Assembly (NCBI GenBank): GCA_035716185.1
Contig: DASTJZ010000075.1
Coordinates: 59,467-123,466 of the forward strand
Direction: 5' to 3'
Origin: Candidatus Dormiibacterota bacterium
Lineage (GTDB): Bacteria > Chloroflexota > Dormibacteria > CF-121
Length of the DNA stretch: 64,000 bases
The notes under the pieces were generated by a model. It was not told the origin of the DNA and made no database searches. It saw only the letters and a program-made list of their open reading frames with translations. This document shows, in pieces, positions 47,093 to 59,025 of the stretch. The stretch's first letter is position 1, and every line of letters starts with the position of its first letter. A program made the translations under genes and the position numbers.

Positions 47093-48188
47093 CTGGGCAT
47101 CGTCGGATTCACGTTCCTGGCCGCGGGGTTGTCGCTTTATCTGTTCAGCGCGGCCCTGCCGCTCTACCTCTATCGCGATCGGGGCTACTCGCTGGGGTCT
47201 GTGGGTGTCCTGGTAGGCCTGGCATCGGTCGTCCAGGTCGTTGCCACGCTGGCAGTCGGTCCATTCGTCGACCGGCGCGGCGCGCGTCTGGCCATTCGCC
47301 TGGGCTCCGGCTGTTACGTATTGGCGGCGGTGCTATTTCTGACGTCCGTTTGGCTTCCGGCGATTGCCCTGGCTCGCGTCCTCCAAGGGGTGGGCGTTGC
47401 GTTGGTTATTCCAGCGGTGTTCAGCATCGTGCCGATGCTGGTCTCGAAAGGCTTCCAGGGCGCCGCGCTAGGGGCGGTTGGCGCGTTCAACAATGTCTCG
47501 CTGGCGGCAGGACCGCCTCTCGGACTTTTGCTTCTGGGCCTGAGTCCAACCATCCTGTTTCTCACGGCGCTGACCGCGGCCGGCCTGGCGATCACGGTCA
47601 GTTTGTTCCTGAACGTCGGTCGTGCAACGTCGACGCCAGGCCAGCTGTTGAAGTACCGAGGCGCCTGGACTCCGCTCTACCTCATTACCTTCTTATGCGT
47701 GGTCTACTGGGGTGTGGTCACGGCGTTCCTGCCGATCGAGGTGCCGCGGAGCCAAATTCCCAACGTCGGTTGGTTCTTCGTGGCCGATGCCGTCGCCGTC
47801 CTGGTCGCGCGCATTCCCGCGGGGTTCCTCGCCGACCGTTTTGGGTCCCGCTGGCTGCTCGTCATCGGGGCGCTGGTCACCGGCCTTGGCATCGCCCTTC
47901 TCCTGGCGCCCGCATCGTTCACCAGCCTGTTACTGGCCGGTACGACGACCGGCGTCAGCGCCGCCCTGGTGTTACCACCGATCCTGCTCGAGCTCACCAA
48001 GCGCAGCGACGAGACGGACCGTGGGACGGCGATGGCTCTCCAGAACACGAGTTTTGCGGCGGCGGTCGGCGTCGGCAGCCTCGGTGCCGCCGGCCTGGTT
48101 CAGCACCTGGGCTTCAACGCCACTCTCGTGATGAGTCTCGCTTCCTGCCTCGCCGCGATTCCCATCGCGCTGGGTTTCCTTAGGCCTG

Positions 48189-48202
<14 letters not shown>
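47093..48202 (+). CDS. MFS transporter (start uncertain: CTG 47093 / ATC 47099; first canonical TTG 47129 lies inside TM1)
   Basis: The frame is open from directly after the ruvB stop: ...LQLGIVGFTFLAAGLSLYLFSAALPLYLY.... Multiple TM helices. Confidence 0.65.
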
Positions 48203-50377
<2,175 letters not shown>

Positions 50378-50421
50378 AAAGTTAAGGGTTTCTCACAGGG
50401 GCTTGCCTATACTTTCCCCGA

Positions 50422-51831
50422 ATGCGCGCCGACCGTCGTCTTCTTCTGCTGATTGGCGTCGTTGCCGTCCTGGCCCTTTTCGTCGATGGGTTCGCCTACG
50501 TCTACCGGCTGGCGACGAACCAATCGCTGACCGGTCCGTTACGGGGCGTCCCCACGCTATCGATCGGGCCGCTCGGCATCGACATGCAGATCTTTGTGCA
50601 CAGAGGCCTTGACCTCCAGGGTGGCACCCATCTCGAACTCCAGATCTCAAACGTCCGGTCTGGGAGAACGCTTTCTGACGCGCGCGACATCGCGGTCAAC
50701 ATCATCGAGCGCCGCGTCAATAGCAGCGGCTATGCCGAGTCGGTCGTCCGCGGCGAAGGCCAGGACCGGATCATCGTCGAGCTGCCCGGAGTCAACCTGG
50801 AACAGGCCAAGCAAATTCTCGGCACCACCTCCTATCTGCGGATCTTCGAGTGGGTGCCCGGCACCGCCACCGCCCAGGAAATCCAGAGCCTCGGTCTCAG
50901 TCCCACCGACGCCAACACCCATCAGGGATACAAGCCTCAGTGGACCGGTATCGACGGCAGCATGATCACCAACGCGACGCGGTCGACCGACCCCAATACC
51001 AACCTGCCGGATGTCCAGATGTCATTCGACTCGCGGGGCAGCGACCTGTTCTGCAAGGTCACCCGCGACCGCTTCAGCCATACCGCCGATTCGCCCGAGA
51101 ACAAGATTGCGATCTTCATCGATCAAAACCTGATCGAGGACGCCAACGTGCAGAACGAAATCTGCGGCGGCACCGGCATCATTACTGGCGGCTTCACCGC
51201 AGCCAGCGCCAATCAGCTGGCCATCCAGTTGAACTCCGGAGCGCTGCCTGGCACGATATCGATCGCCTCCGCCAGTGAGGTGGGCGCGACACTGGGTGCC
51301 ACGACGGTGAAGCTGAGCCTGCTGGCCGGCGCCTTCGGTCTCGCGATCGTGATCCTGTTCATGCTTCTCTACTACCGGCTGCCCGGCGTCGTGGCTAGCC
51401 TTGCCCTGCTGCTCTACGCGGCGATCACGCTGGCCATCTTCAAGCTCTTCGGCGTCACCCTGACGCTGGCCGGCCTGGCCGGATTCATCCTCTCGGTCGG
51501 AATGGCGGTGGACGCCAATGTCCTGATCTTCGAGCGCGTCAAGGAAGAGCTGCGGGCGGGCCGAACGCTGGGGGCGGCGATGGAGGCCGGGGTTCATCGA
51601 GCCTGGCCGGCCATCCGCGATTCGAACATTTCGACGTTCATCACCTGCGGGGTGCTCTACCTATTCGGCGCGCCGCTGATCAAGGGCTTTGCCATCACGC
51701 TGGCGATCGGCGTAGCGGTGAGTATGTTCTCCGCTATCGTGACCACCCAGCAATTCCTGCAGATCCTGGCCGGCCTACGGCCGGCGCGCCGCCTGGCCTT
51801 CTACGGCGTCGAGGCGCCCAAGGCAGCATGA
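50422..51831 (+). CDS. secD: Protein translocase subunit SecD
   Basis: MRADRRLLLLIGVVAVLA... ...GLDLQGGTHLELQ...; no yajC between tgt and secD. Confidence 0.9.
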   Translation: MRADRRLLLLIGVVAVLALFVDGFAYVYRLATNQSLTGPLRGVPTLSIGPLGIDMQIFVHRGLDLQGGTHLELQISNVRSGRTLSDARDIAVNIIERRVNSSGYAESVVRGEGQDRIIVELPGVNLEQAKQILGTTSYLRIFEWVPGTATAQEIQSLGLSPTDANTHQGYKPQWTGIDGSMITNATRSTDPNTNLPDVQMSFDSRGSDLFCKVTRDRFSHTADSPENKIAIFIDQNLIEDANVQNEICGGTGIITGGFTAASANQLAIQLNSGALPGTISIASASEVGATLGATTVKLSLLAGAFGLAIVILFMLLYYRLPGVVASLALLLYAAITLAIFKLFGVTLTLAGLAGFILSVGMAVDANVLIFERVKEELRAGRTLGAAMEAGVHRAWPAIRDSNISTFITCGVLYLFGAPLIKGFAITLAIGVAVSMFSAIVTTQQFLQILAGLRPARRLAFYGVEAPKAA

Positions 51832-51847
51832 GCGGGAGAAGTCGCTG

Positions 51848-52717
51848 ATGGATATCGTCGGCCGCCGCAACTGGTACTTCTTGCTGTCCCTGGCCATCAT
51901 CCTGCCCGGGATCATCTCCATGCTGTTCGTCGGGTTCCGCCTGGGCATCGATTTCCAGGGTGGCGATCAGTACAACTTGAGCTTCACACGTCCGGTGCAG
52001 GCCTCGGACGTGCAGAAGGAGATGGACACGTTCAACGTCGAAGCCACTGCGCAGCAGGCCGGATCCAACGGCGTGATCGTCACGACGAAGCCCCTTGCGC
52101 CCAAGCAGGAGACCACCATCCGCGCCGACCTTGCCGCGAAGTTTCCAGTCGATGCCGGCCGTTCGAGCTACGCGCAAGTCGGTCCCACGATTGCCAAGGA
52201 GCTGGTGCTGGGCGCCGGCGGCTTGATCGCCATCGCCTCGACACTGATCGTCTTCTACCTGAGCATCCGCTTCAATTACAAGTTCGCCATCTGCGCCATC
52301 CTGGCCCTTCTCCACGACGTCTTCGTTCTCACCGGCGTCTACTCGATCCTTGGGAAGGTCTTGAATTCTCCGCTGGGGGAAATCAACACCCTGTTCGTCA
52401 CGGCGGCGCTGACCGTGATCGGCTTCTCGGTGCATGACACGATCGTCATCTTCGACCGAATCCGCGAAAATTTGCGCCAGGCCAGCCGGCTGAGTTTCGA
52501 GCAGAACGTCAACCTCAGCATTGTGCAGTCGCTAGCGCGGTCGCTGAACACCTCCATGACCGTCGTGTTCGTGCTCGTCGCCCTGTTCTTGATCTCGCCG
52601 CAGAGCATCAAGGGCTTCACGCTGGCGCTGCTGATCGGGATCATCAGCGGAACATACTCATCGATCTTTAACGCGAGTCCGTTGCTCGTCGTTTGGCGGC
52701 GACTGGACCCCCGATAA
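51848..52717 (+). CDS. secF: Protein translocase subunit SecF
   Basis: ...GIDFQGG... with the C-terminal TM bundle (...HDTIVIFDRIREN...). Confidence 0.9.
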   Translation: MDIVGRRNWYFLLSLAIILPGIISMLFVGFRLGIDFQGGDQYNLSFTRPVQASDVQKEMDTFNVEATAQQAGSNGVIVTTKPLAPKQETTIRADLAAKFPVDAGRSSYAQVGPTIAKELVLGAGGLIAIASTLIVFYLSIRFNYKFAICAILALLHDVFVLTGVYSILGKVLNSPLGEINTLFVTAALTVIGFSVHDTIVIFDRIRENLRQASRLSFEQNVNLSIVQSLARSLNTSMTVVFVLVALFLISPQSIKGFTLALLIGIISGTYSSIFNASPLLVVWRRLDPR

Positions 52718-52758
52718 CGGCCTATACTCAGCTCAAGTGAATAGCCAGCTTGACGAGC

Positions 52759-52782
52759 GAGGCCTTCGGCCTTTTTTCTTTT
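52759..52782 (+). terminator. Intrinsic terminator after secF (AGGCCttcGGCCT + U-tract)
   Basis: cgAGGCCttcGGCCTTTTTTCTTTT; 5-bp GC stem, ~9-nt T-tract, in the 69-nt gap before rimP. Confidence 0.5.
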
Positions 52783-52786
52783 AAGG

Positions 52787-53272
52787 ATGTCCGCGCCGAC
52801 GGCGAGTCAGCTCAGCCGCATTCGGGAGCTCTTTCAGCCCACCCTCAACTTCCTCGGCTACGAGCTGTACGAGCTCGACCTCACCGGAGCCGGCGGCCAC
52901 ACCACGTTGCGCGTCCGCATCGACCGGCCGGAGGGCGTAACCCTCGATGATTGCGAGCGCGTCAGCAAATCGCTGAGTGCGCTGCTCGATCAAGCGGATC
53001 CACTGCCCAATCGATACGACCTCGAAATCTCTTCGCCCGGCGCCGAGCGGCCGCTGCGAAATCTCGACGAGTACCGACGCTTCATTGGCAAGCGCGCCAA
53101 CGTTCGCTACCGAGTCGGCGAAAGCGAACAGGTTGCCGAGGGGCGGCTGACCGCGGTCTCGGACCAGATGATCGAACTTCAGCTCGGCGAGGGTAAACAC
53201 CTCAAAGTGGTATCCATCCCGTTCTCCGACGTCCTGGCCGCCCGCCTGGCCATCGACTTGTCGCGCCACTGA
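52787..53272 (+). CDS. rimP: Ribosome maturation factor RimP
   Basis: ...LFQPTLNFLGYELYELDLTGAGGHTTLRVRIDRPEGVTLDDCERVSKSLSALLD... Confidence 0.9.
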   Translation: MSAPTASQLSRIRELFQPTLNFLGYELYELDLTGAGGHTTLRVRIDRPEGVTLDDCERVSKSLSALLDQADPLPNRYDLEISSPGAERPLRNLDEYRRFIGKRANVRYRVGESEQVAEGRLTAVSDQMIELQLGEGKHLKVVSIPFSDVLAARLAIDLSRH

Positions 53273-54411
53273 TGCTCAAGTCGGATTTTCTGAAGGCGCT
53301 CGACCAGGTCCAGGAGGAGAAGGGGATCTCCAAGCAATCGCTGCTGACCCTGATGGAAACCGCGCTGGCCACCGCCTACCGCCGCGCCTTCAACCCGCCG
53401 GAGAGCATTCGCGTACATGTCGATCCGGATACCGCCCAGATCGCCATCTTCGGCCGGCGGCGCGTGGTCGAGACGGTGCAGGACCCGGCCACCGAAATCA
53501 CCCTGGATGAGGCGCGGCAGCTAGGCCAGGCCTCGATGGGTGATCTCGTTGACGTGCCGCTGCCGACCGAGGATTTCGCCCGGCTGGCGGCGCAGATCAG
53601 CAAGCAGGTCGTCTTCCAGCGGCTGCGCGATGCCGAAAAGGACCAGGTCCTCAAGGACGTGCTCGAGCACAAGGGCGAGATGGTCAGCGGGATCGTCGAA
53701 CGCATCGTCGAACGGCCGGATGGCCACACTATCTACCTCGAGCTGGGCAAGGCCGAAGGTGTGCTGCCGCCGGAGGAACAGATTCCCGACGAGACGATTC
53801 GCGTTGGCCAGCATCTCAAGGTCCTGCTGCTCGAGGAGCGCAAACGGGCCCGCGGTGCCCAGGTCGTCGTCTCCCGGGCGCACAAAGCGCTGGTCCGGCG
53901 CCTTCTCGAGTTCGAGATTCCGGAGCTGCAATCGGGGGCGGTGGTGATCCGGGCCCTGGCGCGCGAACCCGGTGTACGCACCAAGGTGGCGGTGTCGGCG
54001 AAGCAGGATGGCATCGATCCGGTGGGCGCCTGCGTCGGCCCGCGCGGCGTCCGCATCCGCAGCGTCGTCGGTGAGCTGGGCGCGGAGCGAGTGGACATCA
54101 TCCCCTGGGCGGATGATCCCGGCCAGCTGGTGGCCAATGCACTCAGCCCGGCGCAGGTCCTCAGCGTCGACATCGATCGCGAGTCGCGGACCGCGACCGC
54201 GCACGTTCCCGAAAACCAGCTCTCACTGGCGATCGGCAAAGACGGGCAAAACGCCCGGCTTGCTGCCAAGCTGACCGGCTGGCGGATCGACATCAAGCCA
54301 ACGGTTGAGGAGAGCCCTCACCCCAAGCCTCCCCCGGAGGGGGACGGAGCAGTGGTGGCCGCTTCCGACGGGGCGGAGGGAATGAAGGAGGAGTCAGGCG
54401 GCGCCCACTGA
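53272..54411 (+). CDS. nusA: Transcription termination/antitermination factor NusA (short form) with a Pro/Gly-rich C-terminal tail
   Basis: TGATG junction. N-domain, S1 and KH domains (...GACVGPRGVRIRSVVGELG..., ...LAIGKDGQNARLAAKLTGWRIDI...). Tail ...ESPHPKPPPEGDGAVVAASDGAEGMKEESGGAH. Confidence 0.9.
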   Translation: MLKSDFLKALDQVQEEKGISKQSLLTLMETALATAYRRAFNPPESIRVHVDPDTAQIAIFGRRRVVETVQDPATEITLDEARQLGQASMGDLVDVPLPTEDFARLAAQISKQVVFQRLRDAEKDQVLKDVLEHKGEMVSGIVERIVERPDGHTIYLELGKAEGVLPPEEQIPDETIRVGQHLKVLLLEERKRARGAQVVVSRAHKALVRRLLEFEIPELQSGAVVIRALAREPGVRTKVAVSAKQDGIDPVGACVGPRGVRIRSVVGELGAERVDIIPWADDPGQLVANALSPAQVLSVDIDRESRTATAHVPENQLSLAIGKDGQNARLAAKLTGWRIDIKPTVEESPHPKPPPEGDGAVVAASDGAEGMKEESGGAH

Positions 54412-54415
54412 CCCG

Positions 54416-54652
54416 CTGCGCACCTGCGTGGGGTGCCGGCAGGCCAAGCCGCGCACCCAACTGCACCGCCTGGGAATCGCGGACGGGACGATTGCCGTCA
54501 ACCCTCGCCGGCTGTCTGGACGCAGCGCCTATCTCTGTCGCGATGAGCGCTGCTGGGCGAATGCCGAGAAGCGGCGGGCGGTCGACCGCGCGCTGCAGGT
54601 GCATCTGACGGCGCAAGATTGGACAAGGCTTCGTCAGGGAATACTCAGCTGA
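54416..54652 (+). CDS. ylxR: YlxR/RnpM-family (DUF448) RNA-binding protein; probable CTG start
   Basis: (L)RTCVGCRQAKPRTQLHRLGIADGTIAVNPRRLSGRSAYLCRDERCWANAEKRRAVDRALQV. The conserved RTCVGCR lies upstream of the first canonical start (GTG 54428); CTG at 54416. Confidence 0.75.
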   Translation: MRTCVGCRQAKPRTQLHRLGIADGTIAVNPRRLSGRSAYLCRDERCWANAEKRRAVDRALQVHLTAQDWTRLRQGILS

Positions 54653-54710
54653 GGGTTCGGCGGCATTTTCGCCGCCACGCTATCATTGCCAGTTGAATTC
54701 CGGAGGTTAG

Positions 54711-56718
54711 ATCAGCCATAGCAACAACGACTCGCGGTATTAAGGTTCAGCAGCTCGCCCGTGACCTCGGCGTCGAGGCCCGGGATATCCTCGATTTCCT
54801 GCGCCCGCAGCGGCATGCACCACGCCACGCCATGGCGGTGCTAACGCCGGAGCAGGAGGCGTCCGTGCGCACCCAATTCGCGCCGGCAGCCGGCCAACCG
54901 GCGGAGACCAGGCGTGGTGCCACGGAAGGCAAGGTGGAGCTGCCACCCTCACTCTCCGTCAAGGAGCTGGCTGAGTACCTGGACGTCAAGACCGTCGACA
55001 TCATCAAAGAACTGATGAAGAACGGCGTGATGGCCAACATCAACCAGCAGATCGACTTCGATACCGCCTACCTGGTCGCGGGCAGCTTTGGCGTCCAGGC
55101 GAGCCCGATGTCGATGGATTCCGCGATCGCCGAAGAGGTCGGTGAAGGCGAAGCCACCCAGGTCAAGATGACCACCCGGTCCGAGCTCTTCAGCACCGAT
55201 GGCGAGTCCGCCGAGAATCTGAAGCCACGCCCCCCGGTGGTGACCGTCATGGGCCACGTCGACCATGGCAAGACGTCGCTGCTCGATGCCATTCGGCAGA
55301 CGAAAGTTGCCGCCGGTGAAGCGGGCGGGATCACGCAGAGTATCGGCGCCTACGAAGTCGAAGAGCGGGGTCGTCGCATCGTCTTCCTCGACACCCCCGG
55401 CCATGAGGCGTTCACCGCCATGCGTGCCCGCGGCGCGCAGGTGACCGACGTCGCGGTCCTGGTGGTGGCCGCCGATGACGGCGTCATGCCGCAAACCATC
55501 GAGGCGATTTCGCACGCGAAGGCGGCGCAGGTTCCGATCGTGGTCGCGATCAACAAGATCGACAAGGAGGGCGCCAATCCGGATCGCGTCAAGCAGGGCT
55601 TGAGCGAGCAAGGACTGGTCCCCGAAGAGTGGGGCGGACAGACGGTCATGGTGCCGGTGTCTGCCAAGCAGAAGACCGGGCTCTCCGACTTGCTGGAGAT
55701 GATCCTGCTGGTCGCCGACCTCCAGGATCTCAAGGCCAACCCCAACAAGCTGGCTGCCGGCACGATCATCGACGCGCACCTGGAGAAGGGACGCGGACCG
55801 GTAGCGACCGTGCTCGTCCAGAGCGGCACCCTGCGGATCGGCGACAACCTCGTGGTGGGTCACATCTTCGGTAAGGTGCGGGCCCTGCTGGACGATCGCG
55901 GACGCAAGATGCGGGACGCCGGCCCTGCCACGCCGGCGGTAGTCACCGGGCTTCCGGATGTTCCGACCGCGGGCGATATCTTCCAGGTCGTTTCCAGCGA
56001 GAAGGTCGCCAGGACCATTGCCGGCCAGCGAGCCGAGCAGCATCGAGTCGCCACCCTGGCCCAGACCCGCCGGGTAACCCTCGCCGACCTTTCGGCTGCG
56101 GTGGGGAAGGGCACCGTCAAGGACCTGAACCTGGTCCTGAAGGCGGACAGCAATGGCTCGGTCGAGGCGCTCAAGGGATCGCTGCTGAAGATCCAGGACC
56201 CGCAGGTCCAGATCAAGGTCGTCTTCGAAGGCGTCGGTCCCGTGACCGAGTCGGACATTCTGCTGGCCGCCGTCTCGAACGCGCTTGTGATTGCCTTCAA
56301 CGTCAAAACCGACACGCTGGCCCAGAAAGCCGCCGAGCGAGAGAAGGTCGACATCCGCAGTTACGACGTCGTCTACAACGTCACCAACGACATCGAGCGC
56401 GCCATCAAGGGGCTCTACGAACCGACCTTTGTCCAGGTCTGGGAAGGCCGTGCTGAAGTACTGCAGCCGATCAAGATCCCGAAGGTTGGTGTGATCGCCG
56501 GCTCGCGGGTGCAGGACGGCAAGATCACCGTCAACTCGACGGCGAAAGTCCTGCGTGACAACAAGCCGCTGCACGAAGGCCAGATCGTCGCCCTGAAGCG
56601 CTTCAAAGACGATGTCCGGGAAGTCACCGTCGGCCTCGAGTGCGGTATCCGCGTCGAGGGCTACCAGGACTTCCAGCCCGGCGACATCATCGAGTCGTAC
56701 CAGGTCAAGCAGGCCTAA
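54711..56718 (+). CDS. infB: Translation initiation factor IF-2; the N-terminal IF2_N domain is interrupted by an apparent +1 frameshift at the C4 run 54778-54781. The continuous ORF begins at ATG 54832.
   Basis: Frame 0 from ATC 54711 (5 nt after GGAGG) reads [23 protein letters not shown]. Frame +1 continues [12 protein letters not shown]...MAVLTPEQ... [41 protein letters not shown] (second IF2_N), then G domain ...[20 protein letters not shown]...DTPGHEAF...; ends 56718. Confidence 0.85.
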
Positions 56719-56721
56719 GCC

Positions 56722-57630
56722 CTGAGCCGACCGCTCCAAGTCGGTTTCCAGCTCCCTGAGGTCGAGCGGAAGGTCCGCTGGCCAGAGCTCGCCGCCATGG
56801 CGCGTTTGGGCGAAGACATGGGCTTCGACTCGATCTGGGTCGGTGACCATCTGCTGTATCGCGACGATGAGTACGGCGCGCGCGGACCCTGGGAAGCGTG
56901 GACCCAGCTCGCCGGTATCGCGGCTGTTACCCGCCGAATCGCGCTTGGGCCGCTGGTTGCCAGCACGAGTTTCCATAATCCGCCGATGCTCGCCAAGCTG
57001 GCCGGCACCGTCGACGAGATCAGCGGCGGCCGGCTGATCCTCGGCCTGGGAGCCGGCTGGAATGAGGTCGAGTACACCGCCTTCGGCTTTCCCTTCGACC
57101 GGCGCATTTCGCGCTTCGCCGAGGCGTTTACGATCATCCGATCCCTGATTCGTGAGGGCCGGGTGGACTTCCAGGGCGAGTTCTACAGGGCGCGTGACTG
57201 TGAGCTGGTGCCCCGTGCTCGGTCGAACATGCCGTTTCTTATTGGCTCAACCGGAAAGCGGATGCTCGAAATCGCCGTCCCGTACGTCGACGCCTGGAAT
57301 GCCTGGTATCGACAGACCGGCAACCAGCCTGAAGGCGTGGACCCGCTGCGTGAAACGGTGGATGCCGCGTGCCGCGCCGCCGGTCGAAATCCCCGCGAGG
57401 TCGAGCGGACGGTCGCGGTGCTGATCGAGATGCCCGGCTCGCCCGGTCGGAAGGACATCTACGAATCCGGCCAGGAGGTCAAACCGCTGAGAGGCAACGC
57501 GGAGCAGATTGCCGAGGAACTCCGTAAATATGCAGGCCACGGCGTCGGCCACGTCCAGTTGATCGTCGATCCGATCAATGAGAAATCGCTGGAAGCGCTG
57601 GCGCCTGTCCTCGAGATCCTGGATCGTTAG
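56722..57630 (+). CDS. Luciferase-like monooxygenase (LLM) family flavin/F420-dependent oxidoreductase; probable CTG start
   Basis: The frame is open from the codon after the infB TAA: (L)SRPLQVGFQLPEVERKVRWPELAAMARLGEDMGFDSIWVGDHL.... No ATG/GTG/TTG precedes the conserved N-terminal strand. Confidence 0.7.
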   Translation: MSRPLQVGFQLPEVERKVRWPELAAMARLGEDMGFDSIWVGDHLLYRDDEYGARGPWEAWTQLAGIAAVTRRIALGPLVASTSFHNPPMLAKLAGTVDEISGGRLILGLGAGWNEVEYTAFGFPFDRRISRFAEAFTIIRSLIREGRVDFQGEFYRARDCELVPRARSNMPFLIGSTGKRMLEIAVPYVDAWNAWYRQTGNQPEGVDPLRETVDAACRAAGRNPREVERTVAVLIEMPGSPGRKDIYESGQEVKPLRGNAEQIAEELRKYAGHGVGHVQLIVDPINEKSLEALAPVLEILDR

Positions 57631-57653
57631 ACGAGCCCAAATACAATTGAGCC

Positions 57654-58019
57654 ATGGGCAGTCACAGAGTCGAACGTGTCGCCGCACAGCTGCGCCAGGA
57701 GATCAGCGAGATCATCATTCGCGACCTGAAAGACCCACGTATCGGGATGGCAACCATCACGGAAGTCAAGCTCAGTCCGGATTTGCGCAATGCCACGGTC
57801 AAAGTCAGCGTCGTCGGGGAGGCCGAAGGCCGACAGGCCGCGATCGACGGTCTGGAGCACGCCAAAGGCTTCATCCGTCGGGAGCTGGGTTCGCGCCTCT
57901 CGAACCTGCGCTTTGCCCCGGATTTGCATTTCCAGCTCGACGAGGGCGTGGCGTACAGCGTCCGGGTCAGCCAGCTTCTTCGAGAGGTCCAGCAAGGGGA
58001 GTCCAACGCCAGTCGCTGA
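57654..58019 (+). CDS. rbfA: Ribosome-binding factor A
   Basis: MGSHRVERVAAQLRQEISEIIIRDLKDPRIGMATITEVKLSPDLRNATVKVSV... Confidence 0.9.
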   Translation: MGSHRVERVAAQLRQEISEIIIRDLKDPRIGMATITEVKLSPDLRNATVKVSVVGEAEGRQAAIDGLEHAKGFIRRELGSRLSNLRFAPDLHFQLDEGVAYSVRVSQLLREVQQGESNASR

Positions 58020-58041
58020 GCTAGCTCCGCCACGCCCAGAG

Positions 58042-59025
58042 GTGGCAGAGGTGGCGCCGAAGATCTGGGAGATCATCGAAAAATCCAGCGTCCTGACAGC
58101 CGTCACCCATAAGGACGCCGACGGCGATACCCTGGGCTCGGCCCTCGCGCTCTCGCATGCGCTCGAACCGCTCGGGAAGTCCGTGCCGGTGCTGTCGTCT
58201 CCGCCGGTACCGGGCGCGTGGTGGTTCTTACCGGGCATCGAGCGCGTCGACCGTCAACCGGCGCCGGCTCAGGCGCCGGTTTTCATCTTCGACGCCAGCG
58301 ACCCGCCTCGAGCTGGGCTCTACGAGCGGGTGGTGACCAATGCCACGGTCGTGATCAACATCGACCATCACGTGAGCAACACGAGCTTCGGCACCATCAA
58401 CCTGGTACTCGTCGATGCCGCCTCGACGGGTGAGCTGGTCTATGACCTGTTCAAGGCCTGGCGGATCGAGATCTCACCCGCGGCGGCCTCCTGCCTCTAC
58501 ACCACCATCCTGTCCGACACGGGCGGATTCCGGCACGACAACACGTCGGCGCGCGCACTGCAGGCGGCAGCAGAGCTGGTGCGGCTGGGTGCTGACCCGG
58601 TGATGATGGCGCGCGGGCTGTTCAAGAGCCGCCCGGCGTCGACACTGCGGATGCAGGGCCGCATCCTGGAGGGCCTGCACTTCGAGTTCAGTGATCGGTT
58701 GGTCTGGGGATCGATTACCCAGGAGGCCTTGCGCGACAGCGGCGCGACCACCGACCAGGCCGACAGCGCCATCGACCAGCTCAACACGGTGCGCGGGCAG
58801 GAGCTGGCCATTCTTTTCAAGGAGGCCGGGCCTCGGCTGACAAAGGTCAGCATCCGCAGCCGCGACCAGATCGATGCGGCGGAGCTGGCCGCAAGATTCG
58901 GTGGGGGTGGCCACCGTCGTGCCGCCGGCATCGAGTTGGCGATGCCGCTTCAAGAGGCAGAGGCGAAGGTGCTGGCCGAAGTGCGCGCCCGGTTGAACGA
59001 CCTCGCGTGGCATCCGGCATCCTGA
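58042..59025 (+). CDS. nrnA: DHH/DHHA1 phosphoesterase NrnA (oligoribonuclease/pAp phosphatase)
   Basis: ...IWEIIEKSSVLTAVTHKDADGDTLGSALAL... DHH motif (INIDHHVSN); GGGH (DHHA1). Confidence 0.85.
   Translation: MAEVAPKIWEIIEKSSVLTAVTHKDADGDTLGSALALSHALEPLGKSVPVLSSPPVPGAWWFLPGIERVDRQPAPAQAPVFIFDASDPPRAGLYERVVTNATVVINIDHHVSNTSFGTINLVLVDAASTGELVYDLFKAWRIEISPAAASCLYTTILSDTGGFRHDNTSARALQAAAELVRLGADPVMMARGLFKSRPASTLRMQGRILEGLHFEFSDRLVWGSITQEALRDSGATTDQADSAIDQLNTVRGQELAILFKEAGPRLTKVSIRSRDQIDAAELAARFGGGGHRRAAGIELAMPLQEAEAKVLAEVRARLNDLAWHPAS

Noticed and set aside
54949-56976. 675-aa minus-strand ORF
   Set aside because: Entirely antisense to infB and the LLM gene, whose frames carry clear homology. 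Low-complexity R/G/D-rich translation typical of high-GC antisense ORFs.
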